A DNA stretch of 50,152 nt, the filler included, from Jimgerdemannia flammicorona (lineage: Eukaryota): NCBI GenBank assembly GCA_003990765.1. It is 2 parts of 2 records of this genome, joined end to end, with 100 filler letters (N's around TTAATTAATTAA, not from the genome) between each part and the next. Parts side by side here need not be neighbours in the genome. Positions count along the whole stretch, not along the records: positions 1 to 25,026 come from RBNJ01000890.1; 1 more part is not named here. The stretch is one strand, 5' to 3'. How positions within the stretch are numbered: position 1 is the first letter of the stretch; every line of letters begins with the position of its first letter. A program made the translations under genes and the position numbers. The notes under the pieces were generated by a model that saw only the letters and a list, made by a program, of their open reading frames with translations, did not search any database and was not told the origin of the DNA. Positions 11,398 through 25,026 of this stretch are shown one piece after another.

Positions 11398-14238
11398 CTT
11401 GGATTCTACCATACTCATAGTCCTCTCTTGTCACCAATGGTCAAGTTGGCCTTTATACATACTTTTATTAGACTTCAGCTTAAGTATGGCCTTTATCTTC
11501 TATGAGCTTTCTATCTGGCTACTATTATGAGGCTTCAGATATTGAGATATCCCAAGTAGATGTTTGATGATACAATTGCTTGAGTGGTTAGATTTTCTAG
11601 CTAAGCCCTATTTAGTAGTTTAATCCTAGACCTCTCTTCTTTCTTATATCATATATTGAACCTCTACTATATATTTCAAGCCTATTTGAATTAGTATAGT
11701 AAGTCTGACAATAACCTCATTAATCCTCTTGGTAAGTGCTTTGTCATATATTCCCTAGGGTTTCTTATTAATAAGTTCTAGTATTGGAACTCTTGGCTTG
11801 ACTTTCTTGACTAGTACTGAGATCTTCATCCTCTGGTCTGCAAGGCTTACTCACAATACTCCTTCCTTTAGTCCTTTCTTCAGAATCTACTACTGCTAAA
11901 TGAACTTTCTTATCTCAGGCCCTCATTTAGTATATTATGCCCCATGGTCACTTACAGTTTCAGAGAGATAATAAGATTCTCAACTTGTACCCCTGACTTG
12001 TATATTCTGTGCTTGCCTGGCACTATGGCTAATTTGGCCAACTTTATCTCTGTCTCTATAGAAACTAGTTTGATCATGACCATCTCTATAGGTATGATCT
12101 TCTTGATAATTAGTATTCTGCTTTTTAAGATAATTTTGATTGTGAACAACTTGATTAATTCACTATTGATGAATGGCAGAAGGAACTTGTGCCTACTCTC
12201 TTCATACTCTCCATAAGACTATCTATCATACTATTGATACTATTAAATTCTGGTAGTCATCTTATAGTTAAGTTCTGTCTAACTGAACTCATGAAGATAT
12301 TTGGATGATCAAATAATCAAATTTTTTTTTTATTTCTTCTTTCTCTTTTCTATCTTAGTTGATTCCTTATTTTATTGAGAGAGTATGAGTTATATATCTC
12401 ATATTAATCACTTGGTATTTAGTTGTTGATATTATTCCTATAGTTGGTATTGGGCAAATATATATTTTATTTAGCTTCTCTTTTCTTACTTTTTATATTT
12501 TATTACCTTTACTACTATAATGAAATGGTTTATCCAGCCTGTCTATAGAGTTCTCACTTCTCTGATATTTATTTTATTCTTCTTATCTAGTTATTTACTT
12601 CACTGACCTCTTTTTGCTTCTCTTACCTTAGGAGTCTTTGCTATTTATTACTCTGATATATCTCTTCTCCTCAATAATGAATAAATCCTTACTTGAAGCC
12701 TTACCCTAACTCTCTACAATGAATAAACTATTACTTAAAGCCTAACCCTAATCCTAACTCATACTTAGAAAGGATACAATTAGTCAATCTTAATGGTTAT
12801 AAATAATACATCTATATGTATCATCTAGCAAATAAGTTAATTTTAAAATTTTACTAATATATGTAGCTAAATAATTTTAATTATGTAAATATATTAATAT
12901 AAATAAAATTAGACAATTAGATAATATATCTACTATAGCTTAGATATTGATTTTATTTATTTTTATATTTCCTTGGATTTTGTCAGAATATTTATCTTTT
13001 ATATATCAATATATATTTCAAAGCATAACTACTATATATTTTAAACTTCTGACTTTATAATATAAGAGATTAATAGAAATAATATTATATATATATATAT
13101 TAAATAAAAGTATTGGTTGTATTATAAATATATCTCTTTTTTTAATTTTTTATCTATAATAATTATAAATAATATTATCTTTAGTCTTAGTATAATATAA
13201 CTAGATTTTAGAATAAGGAAAGTATAAAAAGAATTGAGCTAGTAAGAATATTTAATATGAAGTATTATCAGTACTATAAACTACTGAGAACTGATCTTTT
13301 AATATATATATTTATATATATATATTTATATCTATATATTTATATTATATATATAGACTATAAACTATATAGAGAAATTAGATTAGAGGATTTGAATTAA
13401 AGAATTTAAACTAAAAGATTTAACTTATAAAATTCAGATAGAAGAATTTGAATAGAATTATTCAGATTAAGTGATTCAGATTGAGTGATTTAGAATAATC
13501 TGAGTTAATTTAGATTGTTTTGGATTTAAGATTTAGATCAAACTATTACATAATCAATCAAATCTGGTTTTGAATTGAATTGACTTATTTGGAGTACTAG
13601 AAAGTAAAGTGAGTTCTTAAAAATTATAATGATATCTTGGAAAGCATAATAAGATCTTGAGTAAGGCACATTGTGAAACTCTGAAAATATAGTATATAAA
13701 AAAAGAATAATGTTACCAAAGATTCAAATCTAAAGATTTAAATGAATCAGAAATATTTCTATTATATAAAATATCACACTTTGAAATATTTAGAAAAAGA
13801 AAAAAAAAACAATTCACATAGGCTCATCTATATATGTAATAATAATCACATTTATATGAATATAAATCAATTTATATTTATAAATTCTTTACCTACTTTA
13901 AGATATTCTTTTATAATATACTCAGATTTCTTAATAATTTTATCAATAAAGTCTTTATAAATACTCTCTTAGTCTTATCTTATTTTCTCTATTACTAATC
14001 TCTTTTTTATAAGTTCATACTCTTCCATCTATTTTCTTATTGAGAAGTTCAGAGTATCCTTCTCTCTTTTGTTTTTTGTTGCATTTCTTATCAAAAATAC
14101 ATTACTCAATGAGAGCTTCAATTTCTTCTAATAGTGGTCAGATATTCTTAGCCTTATTGACTTCTTTTCCACTATCTTACTATATACTTTCTCATCTTCT
14201 GATCTCACTGATATCCTCTTAGAGCTGAGAGAAGTATC

Positions 14239-14243
<5 letters not shown>

Positions 14244-14277
<34 letters not shown>

Positions 14278-14322
14278 ATTATTATTATTATTACTATTAC
14301 TATTATTATTATTATTATTATT
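14244..14322. repeat. (ATT)n microsatellite (resumes degenerately at ~14,928-15,000)
   Basis: Direct reading. Confidence 0.9.
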
Positions 14323-14323
14323 G

Positions 14324-14927
14324 TTTTTTTTTTTTTTTTTTTTTTTAAAGTTACTTAGACTCCTTTATTACTAATAGAATCTATAAACAATATACAATTC
14401 ATGGTTCCATCAACTGCAATATCCCAACCCATTATTCAATCTCCTGAGAGAGATCTTCTCTTATATCTTAATAATTTAATACCACTTTACTATCTCTTAC
14501 TCCCACTCTGCCCCTATATCTTCTCTACTAGATAGTAATGATAACTTTCTTACAGACTCTATCCCAGCCACCAGCCCATCAAGTCATTCTCTATCAATCC
14601 TTTCCATCTTATTAATTACTCACCCAAACTCAACTATCATTCTTTCACAAAAACAAATAACTAGTATCTAGCCAAATCTACTCATACAACCAAAACCCTC
14701 TCTATAGTGAGTTACTTATTCCCAACCTCACTCACTAATCTATCTCTCAAATCCTCTCAGTAATCTCTCTCATCATCCCTCCTCCTCACAATACTCAATC
14801 TATTCCCAATTGCCAACCAAAAGTCTCAAAGTACCTATATTCTGATATCTATATAAACTCTCTCTTCTGCTCTACATTATGATACTCTATATACATATAA
14901 GGTGGCCTGAGTGAAATTTGATACTCC
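14324..14927 (-). mobile_element. Heavily decayed 5'-truncated LINE copy
   Basis: Poly(T) at 14,324-14,346, then TTAGACTCCTTTATT and sequence alignable to the LINE ORF2 C-terminus. Confidence 0.75.
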
Positions 14928-15256
14928 TATTATTATTATTACTATTAGTATTGTTACTGTTATTTTATCTCTATTATTATTATTATTCTTATTATTATTT
15001 CTGCTCTCTAGTAGATCTCTGACAATATTGTCATCTCTTAAGCTATCAGCTATAAATCTTGACTGAGATTAGATTCTGTTATTAAAAACTAAATGTAAAA
15101 TATCTCAGTACTAGTATTTTTTTTGAGAGTAGCTATTATTGAATAGGAATTTTCATTCAATATAAATTCAATTAGTTGTTAAAGATCAAAGCCCAATATA
15201 TACTCTGAATTATTATCTCTGTATTATCTCTATCTCTTACTTGAATCTCCTTTACT

Positions 15257-15258
<2 letters not shown>

Positions 15259-15332
<74 letters not shown>

Positions 15333-16593
15333 GTCACTCAGACTTCACTATTTATTACCAGTCTATATATAAATTTACATTATCTCCTCCCACTACCCAA
15401 TTCCCATAGGGGAACTCACCCCACTCTATACTCTTTCACACTTGAAAATCATCCTATCTCCTATGACCCCAACTCTCCCCCCACTCTGTCCATATATTTT
15501 CTCTACCAAATGACACTACCAACCACCCTGTAGTCCCCACCTATGCCACCAACCTGTCAGAGTATCCTATATCAGTTCTTCTCATTACAACAGTTGTACC
15601 CCTAAGCCCAGATATCTCCTATCCTCAACCACATACAGCCATTGTCCCATCAACCTTACTCATATAGCCAGCACCCACTCTAAAGTAAGCCACTCTCTCC
15701 CAACTCCTCCCACCAATCTATCCTGCAGATCCTCCCACCTACTCCTCATATTATCCTCCTTCTATATAATACTAACCTCTTCCCAACCACTATCCAGAAG
15801 TCACTGAGCACCTTGCACTCCCCTTGCCAATGTTCAGATATCTGTACAAAACTCTCTTTCTGTCTAACATTATAGCACTCCTTACAGTCAAAGGTTCTCC
15901 CTTCTACTAGGTGGTCAGAGTAAAAGTTAAGCATGATATTCTCCTCAACATACACCACCAGACTATTCAATACTTTGGTGGTAGCCACTGCTGAACCTCA
16001 GCACTCTAGTTCCAGATTTCCAGTCCCACTCTTTGCCAACACCAACCAACTGCCATCCACTGGCCCACAGATCTAGCCCCAACTCTCTCTGGTACTCAAC
16101 CCTATCACTAATATCAAAGTCACTAAGGGAGATACCCCTCAGCAACACTTGGTTCCTTCTTCACATCACTGGGCCCCATGGTCTTTCTCTCTTATCTTCC
16201 TACTAATGAATGTTGATGTGGTGTACTATACATATCAGTGACTCTCCACCAGAAGTCCAACCAAGGATAGAAGATCTCCTGTAGATCCTCTTGGTGAGGA
16301 GCTTATCTTCCAGACCTTCTTCAATTAGGGATCTCAACTGCTGCCCCCCAGCTCAATAGCTCTCTTCAGCTATCATGCTCTCAGGCAGTTCAACCTCTTT
16401 GGGAAGTCAATCAGTCTGAGTCCCCCTCTAGTCATCAGTAAGGACAAAATTTCCCAGCTAATATGACTCCTCCTCTCTATCCAGATCCACCCCTTGGTTA
16501 GTTTCAGCAGTCTCTTTACCATCTAGGCCAGGAAGTCCAGATGATATATCAGATATCACAACTTTGGCAGGCAGTAAGTATTCAAGATGGCCA
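15259..16593 (-). mobile_element. LINE 3' fragment (~1.3 kb, post-RT region and poly(A))
   Basis: Poly(T) then TATAGTCACTCAGAC. ORFs 15746..15988 and 15963..16148 match the ORF2 C-terminus (NIMLNF...CKECYNV...EHWQGEC). Confidence 0.9.
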
Positions 16594-19500
16594 AACACCT
16601 TTCACCAGTAACATTCGGGTGACACAAAACTCAGACAACACTTTTACAACGTTTTTGGTGCCCAACGACTAACAACATGGATGGCAATGATCGATCTGGT
16701 GAGCGTACTGGCCAGGGGGGTGACGGCGCCTTTGGCTGGCAGCAGGTGGGGAGGAGGGGAGATGGTTTGGGGATGCCAGGGGCCTCGATGGCTAGCCGGG
16801 GCCCCAGCAGCAGAGGGAGGGGAGGTCTGAGGCAGAGAGGAGGGGAGCGGTCGACCTTTGCTGACAAGGTCAGGATGGGGAAGATGGCTTCTGGGCTGGA
16901 TAGTTGGCTGGGACTGGGGAAGGCATTGATGGCTGCTGCTGGGGGTCAGGGAGATATACCCCAGGGTACTTCTGGTAGTAGGGAAGGGGCCGGAGTAGGG
17001 GCTGGAGATGTGACTGCTGATGGGGCTGTGACTGGGGATCTGGCAAAAAATCCAGATGTGACGGTGGTCAGCAATTTGGGACTTGGAGGGGGCATGAGGC
17101 CCGGGGACCTGGTGGATGGGATGATGGGCATGGTGTCGGCCCCATTACTCAAGAAGTCGAGGTCCGAATTCGCGGTCACGATGTGCTTCCAGGGCTTGGC
17201 CGTGACGGCGAGAATGATTTTGGGGCTGGTGGCGCAGGAGGCTAAGGGAGTGGCGTCGGTGAAGTTCTTGAGGGGAAAGGAAGGGGTTGAGGTGGGGTTT
17301 GAGGAGGAGGACGCCTTGTTGGCGGCCATGGAGAAAGGGGTGATGGTTGGCAGGGTTGTGGTCCCTATGGTCCGGTGTATGCGCTGGGACCCCCGGGTGG
17401 TACAGTTGACAGTATTGGACCTCCCTATGGTATCGAAGGAAAGGACCAGGGAGTTGGTTGTGGAGGCGATCAAGGAGTATGGCAAGATTGTGGATGTTGG
17501 GTTCAAGGTCTGGGAGGGCATGGAGCTTAGGACTGGAGACATCGATGTCAGGGTGCGACTGGCTGGAAAGGAGAATATGGGGAAGTCGAGGGACTGGCCA
17601 GCAGCGTTGAGGTGGGGCCAGGTGGAGTGTAAGGTCACTAGGGTGAAGGGGACGCAGGAGGAGGAGGAGGATCTGTTGGAGGCTCTGGAGGATCTGGAAG
17701 GGGCAGTTGCAAGGAGGAGATTAGCCTGGAGGGAGTTTGAGATGAAGATGGTGGTGGGGGAGGTGGATGGAAAGAGGGTTCGGATGGAGAAGGGGGCCTG
17801 GGAGAGGTTGCAGGGGAGGAAGATTCAGAAGGAGTTGTTAGCGAAGTTGGGCGGGGGTGGGGCTGGTGGAAGCTCCAGGGCGGGGGCTGCAGGGTTGCAG
17901 GAGAGTGCCTGGGCTGAAGGGGGAGAGATGGCCCAGGGCGGGGCTCAGGTTGGAGTCAGGGAGGGGCAGGAGGATAACTTGGAGGTGGATGCTGAAATGG
18001 GAGAAGGTGGGCGCCCTCAGTATAGTGTTCCAAATGGAGCAGGAGGTGAGGAGGAGCTGATGGATGTGCCAGAGGAGGAGTGGGATGAGTCAGTGAGGAG
18101 GAGCGCACTGGTGGACCCCGAGGTGGATGGGGGACAGATTGCTCAGGGGGCAGCAGAGGCAGTCAATGAGGAGAAGTGGATGTAGAAGACCCTGGAAGGG
18201 ATAGCGGCTGAGGAGCTGGGGGGTGAGGACTTCAGGGTGATGGAGGAGAGGCATTGGGAGGAGATTCTATGTGGGGAAGAGGTGCCAAGGAAGATGAGGA
18301 ATGAGATCCTGGCTGTCCTCCTGGAGTCGGTCGAGTATCAGGTTGATGATCAGCGTGAGGAGGAACTTAGAAGGATTGCGAGTGACCGGGCGCTTGTCTT
18401 GTGGAACTCGAGGAAGGGACTAGAGAAGTGGCGTGCAGTCTGCTTGGATTACAGAGCGGATATGGAGGAGGTGGACAGGGTGGAGTGTCAGGAAATCTTG
18501 GGGGCACTGGATGCTCGGGATATTGCGGAGGGTGAATTGGAAGCTGAGTGGCTCTTGGACTTGGCGAGGGATGAGATGAGCATGGAATTATAGGTTGGGG
18601 TCTCTTTTACAATTTCTATTCAATATGAACAGTACAACAAAGATATTTTCATTGAACGTTAACGGGTTACGGGGGGCGGCTAGGAGGAAGTACATCTTTG
18701 GTTGGCTTCGGGGTCTGGATGCAGACCTCTTCTTGTTACAGGATGTTCGGTATGAGGCAGATGTGGATTTACAGGATTGGTCTAAGGAATGGGGGGGTGC
18801 AGCAGTTTGGAGGGGGAAAGTGGGTATTCTTGTTCGGAAAGGGATGGGGGACATTGGGGACATTGGACATTGGGGGTCACGGGTGGTGTGGGGAGTATGG
18901 AAGAGGCCTGGATGGGGCTCGCTGACGGTTGGGTCTTGTTACTGCCCGGCTGAGAGAGGGGAGCGAGTGGATTGGATTCACAGGTTGAAAGAGGCTGGTT
19001 TGTTGGGAGAAGTTGGGTTGAACTGTATAGGAGGGGACTTCAACATAGTACGGGATAAGGAGTTGGACAGGACTGATGGAGGGAGAGGCATGTGAGGTGA
19101 AAGTGGTGGGTTGGCAGACTGGTTGGAGACAGAAAGGTTGTATTCTTTAGTGGACTCAGGGAGACACTTTTGGGCTGATCGGAGGGTGTATACCCATTGA
19201 GCAGCAGGACTGGGCTCTAGGATTGACTGGGTTCTCACAGCGGAGTGTTGGAGAGCAGATGTCTGGACGGTGCTGGGAGTCGTATGGTGTCCATGGTCTG
19301 ATCACTGGGGGTTGCTTGGAGGGGGGAGGTTTGGGGGTAATGAGGATGGGCCTGGACATTGGCGGTTAAATTCTTCCTTGTTGGAGGATAGGGCATTGTG
19401 GGAGGGTTGGAAAGCAGAGGTGGTGGGCGTTATTGGCAGGTGGCGGGATCAAGGACTGGCAATTGGGGACTGCTGGAGGAGGTTGAAGGTGAAGGCTCAG

Positions 19501-19923
19501 GGGTATTGGAGGGAAGCGGGGAAAGGGAAGTGTGATCAGTGAAGGCGGCGGGTGATGTGGGCCTCACGGCATTTGGCGGTACTCTTGGAGAGATGGGCGG
19601 GTGTGCTGGAGGATAGGGCCGAGACTGATTGGCATATTGCAAGGATCCGGCAAGAGGTGGAGGAGCTCAAAGGGGTGCTATGGAGGGAGGAAGAGGAGCA
19701 GTTGCAGGGGATGGTGGCCCGCTTGCGCTGGCAGGGGCTAGAGGAAGGGGAGAGACCTACCAGGTTCCTGTCATGGTTGTTACAAGCGCGACGAATGAGG
19801 CAGCGGTGGGAGGGAGTTTTGGATGAGAATGGCGAGCTGGTGGTGAGGACTCCGGCGATTTTGGGCCTATTGCGTTCCCAGTGGGGGAACCTTTGGAGTG
19901 AGGATGAAGGGGGACTGGAGTAG
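16594..19923 (+). mobile_element. L1/Tx1-like LINE copy A (5' end, ORF1, APE endonuclease; interrupted before RT)
   Basis: 5' end CCTTTCACCAGTAACATTCGGGTGACACAA matches copy C. ORF1 16,677-18,593 has one in-frame stop. ORF2 from 18,625: FSLNVNGL, LLQD, GGDFN, RIDW, SDH. Least decayed copy. Confidence 0.92.
16677..18593 (+). pseudogene. LINE ORF1 (Gly/Glu-rich; possible RRM-like core)
   Basis: ORFs 16677..18185 and 18237..18593 are in one frame. VVQLTVLDLPM...EAIKEYGKIVDV resembles the ORF1 RRM-like segment. Homologous to 33,607-35,635. Confidence 0.8.
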
Positions 19924-22900
19924 TGGTCCCCATAGTGCAGTGCTTAAGGTAGGACTCCAGGGTGGTGCAGCTTCTGGTGATAGGGGTACCTATAGTGACA
20001 AAGGAGAAGACTAAGAGGAGGGTAGAGGAGGTGATGATAGAGTAAGTGATGTAGTGGACATTGGCTTCTAGATGTGAGAGAGAACCACATTCAGGATGAG
20101 TGACATCAATGTCAGGATTCAGCTAGCAGGGAAGGAGGCCACAGGGAAGCCAAGTGACTGGCCCTTGGTGCTGATGTGAGGGGCTTTTGTCTATAAGGCA
20201 TTGAGGGTGAAAGAGAGTGATGAGGAAGAGGAGAACTTATTGGAGGCTCTGGAGGAGTTGAGTGGTACTTTGAGAGGAGGGCAAAAGCCTGGAAGCTGTA
20301 TGAAGAGTTGATATATCTGGAGGTTGTGGATGGGAAATATATTCATACTGACAGGAGGCAGTGAGAACAGGTCCAGGGGTGCAAGAGGCAGAGGGAGCTT
20401 TTAGCAAGTATGACAGGAGGGGCAAAGAAGAAGTTGGATGGGGCTGAGGAGTCTGGAGGCATCGAATCAAGTATCTGGGCTAGCAAAGGAGGAGAGAAGG
20501 TGGAGGTGAATGAGGAAGAAGCTGGGAAGGTGCTGGGCAAGGATCTCTATACTGACAGTATATTCAAAGTTTGGGAGCAGAATTTGGATAGCACTCTCCC
20601 CCCACTTATCAGGAGGGGCCCAGTTGAGAAAAGAGGGGCAGCAGAGGATATACTGATGCAGGGGGCCCAGCATGTTCACTTTGGGGTCCCAAATGTGGTG
20701 AAAGGGGACCAAGTGGTAGTGGTTGGTGAGGATGAGCTGGTTGATGTCCCAGAGGAGGAGTGGGATGAGACTGCCAGTATAGGAGCAGATACCATGATGC
20801 TGAATGCAGGGTGACCAGAGACTCCTGGAGGGAAGGAGGTGGGGAACCTGTGGATGAGCAAGGTGATGAATAACCTCATAGCTGAGGAGTTGAGATAAAT
20901 TGACCTACATGTAATGCCAGAGGAGCATTGGACACAGATTCTGAATGGGGATGAGGTGGTGGAGACACTGAAGGTGGAGATTCTTGCTATTTTCCTAGAA
21001 GAGGAGGGATATGAGATTGATTAGGTAAGAGAGGCAGATTTGGCAGTGGTTGCTGGTGAGCAAGCTGCCTACTGTTGGGTATAGCATCATGGTTTACAAC
21101 TCTGGCAGAAGGCCTGTCTGGAGTATTGTGAGGACTTTGAGGTGAAAGAGGATGGGGGGATAGTTGAACTTCTGGAGGGGTTGGAGGCACAGAAAGCTGA
21201 GGAGAAGAGACTAGCTGCAGAACATGACTTACACTTGATGCAGGAGAACTTGAATGTGAATTTGTAGTGGATGAGATTGATAAATAACAGTATTTCTTAT
21301 AAACAGTACAACTAACATTTTCTCTCTAAATATAAATGGGCTATGAGAATCTGGGCAGTATAAGAACATTTTTACTTAGCTCAAGAGATGGGAGACTGAT
21401 CTCTTTTTACTGCAGGATGTATGGTGTGAGGATGAGGATGATCAGGTAGAGTGGACTAGGGAATGGGGTGGAGCTACTGCTTGGTTTGGCAAAGTGGTGA
21501 TTCTGGTGAAGAAGGGTAGAGGAGATTTGGGTGGAATCAGGAGCTGGGTTGATCACTTGGTCTGAGGCAAATGGTATTGGCCAGGATGAGAATCAGTGAG
21601 GGTGGGCTCCTGCTACTGCCCTGCAGTTAGGGGTGAAAGGATTGCATAGATTAAGAAGCTACTGGAGGGGGGTATTCTCTTAGAGGAAGGAGTCAATGTT
21701 CTTGGTAGTGATTTTAATATGGTTCAAGATCTGTGACTAGATAGAACTGATAGAGGGAGGAATGCAGGTGGGAGAAGTGGTGGTCTGGATGCATGGGAGG
21801 AGGTAGAGAATCTTAGCTCCTTAGGGGATATGGGCAGAACACAGTAGGGTGATGCCAGGGTCTATATACATTGGGTGAATGGCTTAGGCATGAGGATTGA
21901 CTGGATTTTGATGGCTGAATATTGGGGTGCTGATGTCTGAAAGACTTTAGAGATGACATGGTACCCATGGTCTGATCACTGGGGACTATTAGGGTAGGGG
22001 CAGTTTGGGGGGAGTGGAGATGAACCTGAACATTGGCATCTTAACTCCTCTCTGCTAGCTGAGAAGGAGTTGTGAGACTTATGGGTGGAGGATATCCAGG
22101 CAAAGGTTCCTATCTGGAGACATGAAGGTCTGTTGGTGGGTGTCTGTTGGATGAGGTTGAAAGAGACTATGAAGGTCTATTGGGGAGGAGCTGGTAGAGA
22201 GGCTGGGAGACAGAAGAGGAAGTGCATATGGTCTGCTTCTAAGAGGCTGATGAGATTGTAGATGGAATGGGCTGATTTGCTTGTTTCTGATGAGGTGGAG
22301 GATTGGAGATTAGAGCAGGCAAAATTGGAAGTAGTTGAACTGCAACAGATGTTGAGAGAGGAGGAGGAGACTCATATGTGAGGAATGGCAGCCAGGCTAT
22401 GGTGGCAGGGGCTTGAGGAGGGAGGGTGGCCTACTAGATACTTGTCTAGGCTTCTCAAAGCTAGGAGGGTGCAACATCAGTGGGATCTTTGATGCTGAGG
22501 GAGATATGGTGTATGGCATGCAACAGATCTTGGGGGTCTTGAAGGAGTGATGGCAGGGTCTGTACAGTGAGAAAGAAGGGGGTGCTGATGAAGAGGCAAT
22601 TGGAGATACACTGGAGAAGTGGGAACTACCACAGGTAGAGGGCCTGGGTGACTTGATCTTACTGGTCCAAGAGGAGGAGGTCCAGAGAGTCCTTGCAGCA
22701 ACTAAACTTAGAATAGCACCAGTAGAGGATGGGTTATCTTGAGACTTCTGGAAGTAGATGGCAAAGGTCCCTGGAGTGTTAGAAGAGATGGCTGCCCTCT
22801 ATGACCATGTTCTTCTGAATGGTAAGTGGGTTGGAGAGCAGAACTTAGGGTTAGTGACCTTATTGTACAAAGACAAGGGCAGGCAAGAGGACTGGAAGAA

Positions 22901-25026
22901 TTGGAGGCCAATCATGCTTTTGGATATGGACCAGAAGTTGGTGACTAAAGTGATTGTTGCAAGGCTGTAGAAGGTTGCTCAACAGGTGCTGGGTGAGGAG
23001 CAGCAGAGTTTTATAGGAGGTAGGCTTATCAGAGATGGGACTGCCTGGGTGAATGGCATCATTGAAGGGGCTCGGGCCTGTGGGCTGGATGGTAGACTGG
23101 TCTTTTTAGACCAGGAGAAGGCCTATGACTATGTTCAGTAGGTATGACTGGGCAAGGTACTGGACAGAATTGGTGTCCCACCATAGTTTCGGGCCTCTAT
23201 GTTGAATTTATTGGAGGGTAGTAGGGCAGCACTGATGTGTAATGGTCACAGGGGTTTGGCATTTCTCTTGGGGAGAGGAGTGTCTCAAGGAGACCTGCTG
23301 TTCCCTATACTTTATACCCTTTCACTAGAACCTTTGATGGATAGAATCTCTCAGAAGGTGGCTGGGCTCTCTATATATAGTGTGGTGTAGAAGGTGGGAG
23401 TCTTTGTGGATGATATGGTAGTTGGACTTGGATCAGTGGCAGATGTAGGGTCACTTATGGAAACAGTAGAATGGTATGAGGTACACTCTATGGCAAAACT
23501 CAACTAGTATAAGTGTGAGATGTTAGTGTTGGAGAATGGATTGGTGGGAGGGGATATCATTGGAACAATTGTCCCCACAGGAGAGATGGTACAGTATCTT
23601 GATATCTTCTTTTCTATATATGGATCAGTCTTGCCATGGGTGTGGTGGGAGAGGAGGGTGGCTATTTGGGGGGAGGCTCTGAGAGGTTGGGGGGGTTGTC
23701 ACATCTCTCTGGCAGAGTGGGTGTCGATCCTTAATGTGTACTGGTTCCCCAAGCTGTGGTATGTGGCATATCACTTAGACTTTCTGGCCTGGGTGATGAA
23801 GAGGCTGAAGAAACTGGCTCAGGATTGGATTTGAACAGAAAGAAGGTCCCAGATTAGTTGGGAAACCCTTGTGGAGCTGGTGGTTAGGGAAGGCCTAGGT
23901 CTTGTAGATTTCCCTAGGTGCCTATACTGCCTGCAAGTTTGGTGGTTGAAAAGGGCTGTTGAACTTCAAGGAGGAGGTTGGGTTCCACTGATGCAAAAGG
24001 TATGGGAGATGAGATTCTCACCCTGGGGGTCCTCAGGAGACTTGCTCTCTCTGGTGGATCTGAATGAAAGCCGATGGCTACAGTATAAGGGCTTCTGGTG
24101 GGGGGTGGTGGATGGAGTGCACCAGATAGGTCTGTGCTGGAGAGACAATGAGGGGAAGGAGTTGTAGGGCTCTGCTATGTGGTGATGGGACAGACTATTG
24201 CTAGGGGGGGTTCTGCTTACTGAGTTTGATATTGGTAATGGAGTTGAGTGTCAGTAGAGACTTGGCCAGGATCTTTGGATGAGTAGTTGACAGGTAGTGG
24301 GAATTGGTGAGGAGTGAGACTGGGCAGGAATCTAGGCCTGGAGTACTGAGGTGCAGCAGTGGCTTCTTTCAAAGTTCTGGGTGGTGTGGTAGTGAATGCT
24401 GCAAAGGAATATTATGTTAAATTTCTGTACTAGGGATCTGGTAGATGTTGGCTGATTAGATTGTAAGGAGTATTATAATATAAGGCAAGCTGGGGGTTCT
24501 GTGCAGATGTTGGAACATTGGCTGAGAGAGTGTGAGATTTTGGGAGACTTTTGGATAGCTATAGGGGACTGGCTGGGTGTAGAAAGGAGGCTGGATAGCA
24601 AGAGAGATCACTGGGAGGATTTGAAATCTAGACTAGTGAGAGGTGTTGGCAATGGGTAGCTTACTATAGGGTGGGTTATTGTAGTGTTGGTAGGGTTGGC
24701 TGGACATTGGCTATTTGTTTTTGAGGAAGAGTGACAGACAGAGATGCCAGAGAAGTTAGTGAGGTGGGAGGAGTTGATGGGAGATCTACTTATGGGGTAG
24801 TGAGTTGGTTAGGGTTCCTAGGGTGAGTAATATTGCCATCTGGTGGAAGGGATCTGTGGCCAGAGTGGTGGGCCGGTGAAGATGGTATTTGACAAAGTGG
24901 TCTTTCATTGAGAGGGGGTAGAGGTGGGGCCCTAGGGGGATCAGATAGGAGGGGGGCACTGTGTAGTATATAGAGGATAGACAGGTATATTAATAAAGGA
25001 TAAAGTCTATATGACTATAAAAAAAA
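19924..25026 (+). mobile_element. L1/Tx1-like LINE copy B (starts mid-ORF1; EN, RT, C-terminal Cys/His; poly(A) runs into the gap)
   Basis: Begins at the VVPMVRC...DPRVVQL-homologous segment. RT motifs WRPIMLL, LDQEKAYD, GVSQGD and FVDD. Many premature stops. Confidence 0.92.

Noticed and set aside
11412..12260. Possible decayed gag/protease remnant around SINE copy 1
   Set aside because: Looks TE-derived, but no catalytic motif is readable, so it is not reported as a feature.
12700..12760. CCCTAA-like interstitial telomere repeats
   Set aside because: Only 2-3 degenerate units, not enough to call.
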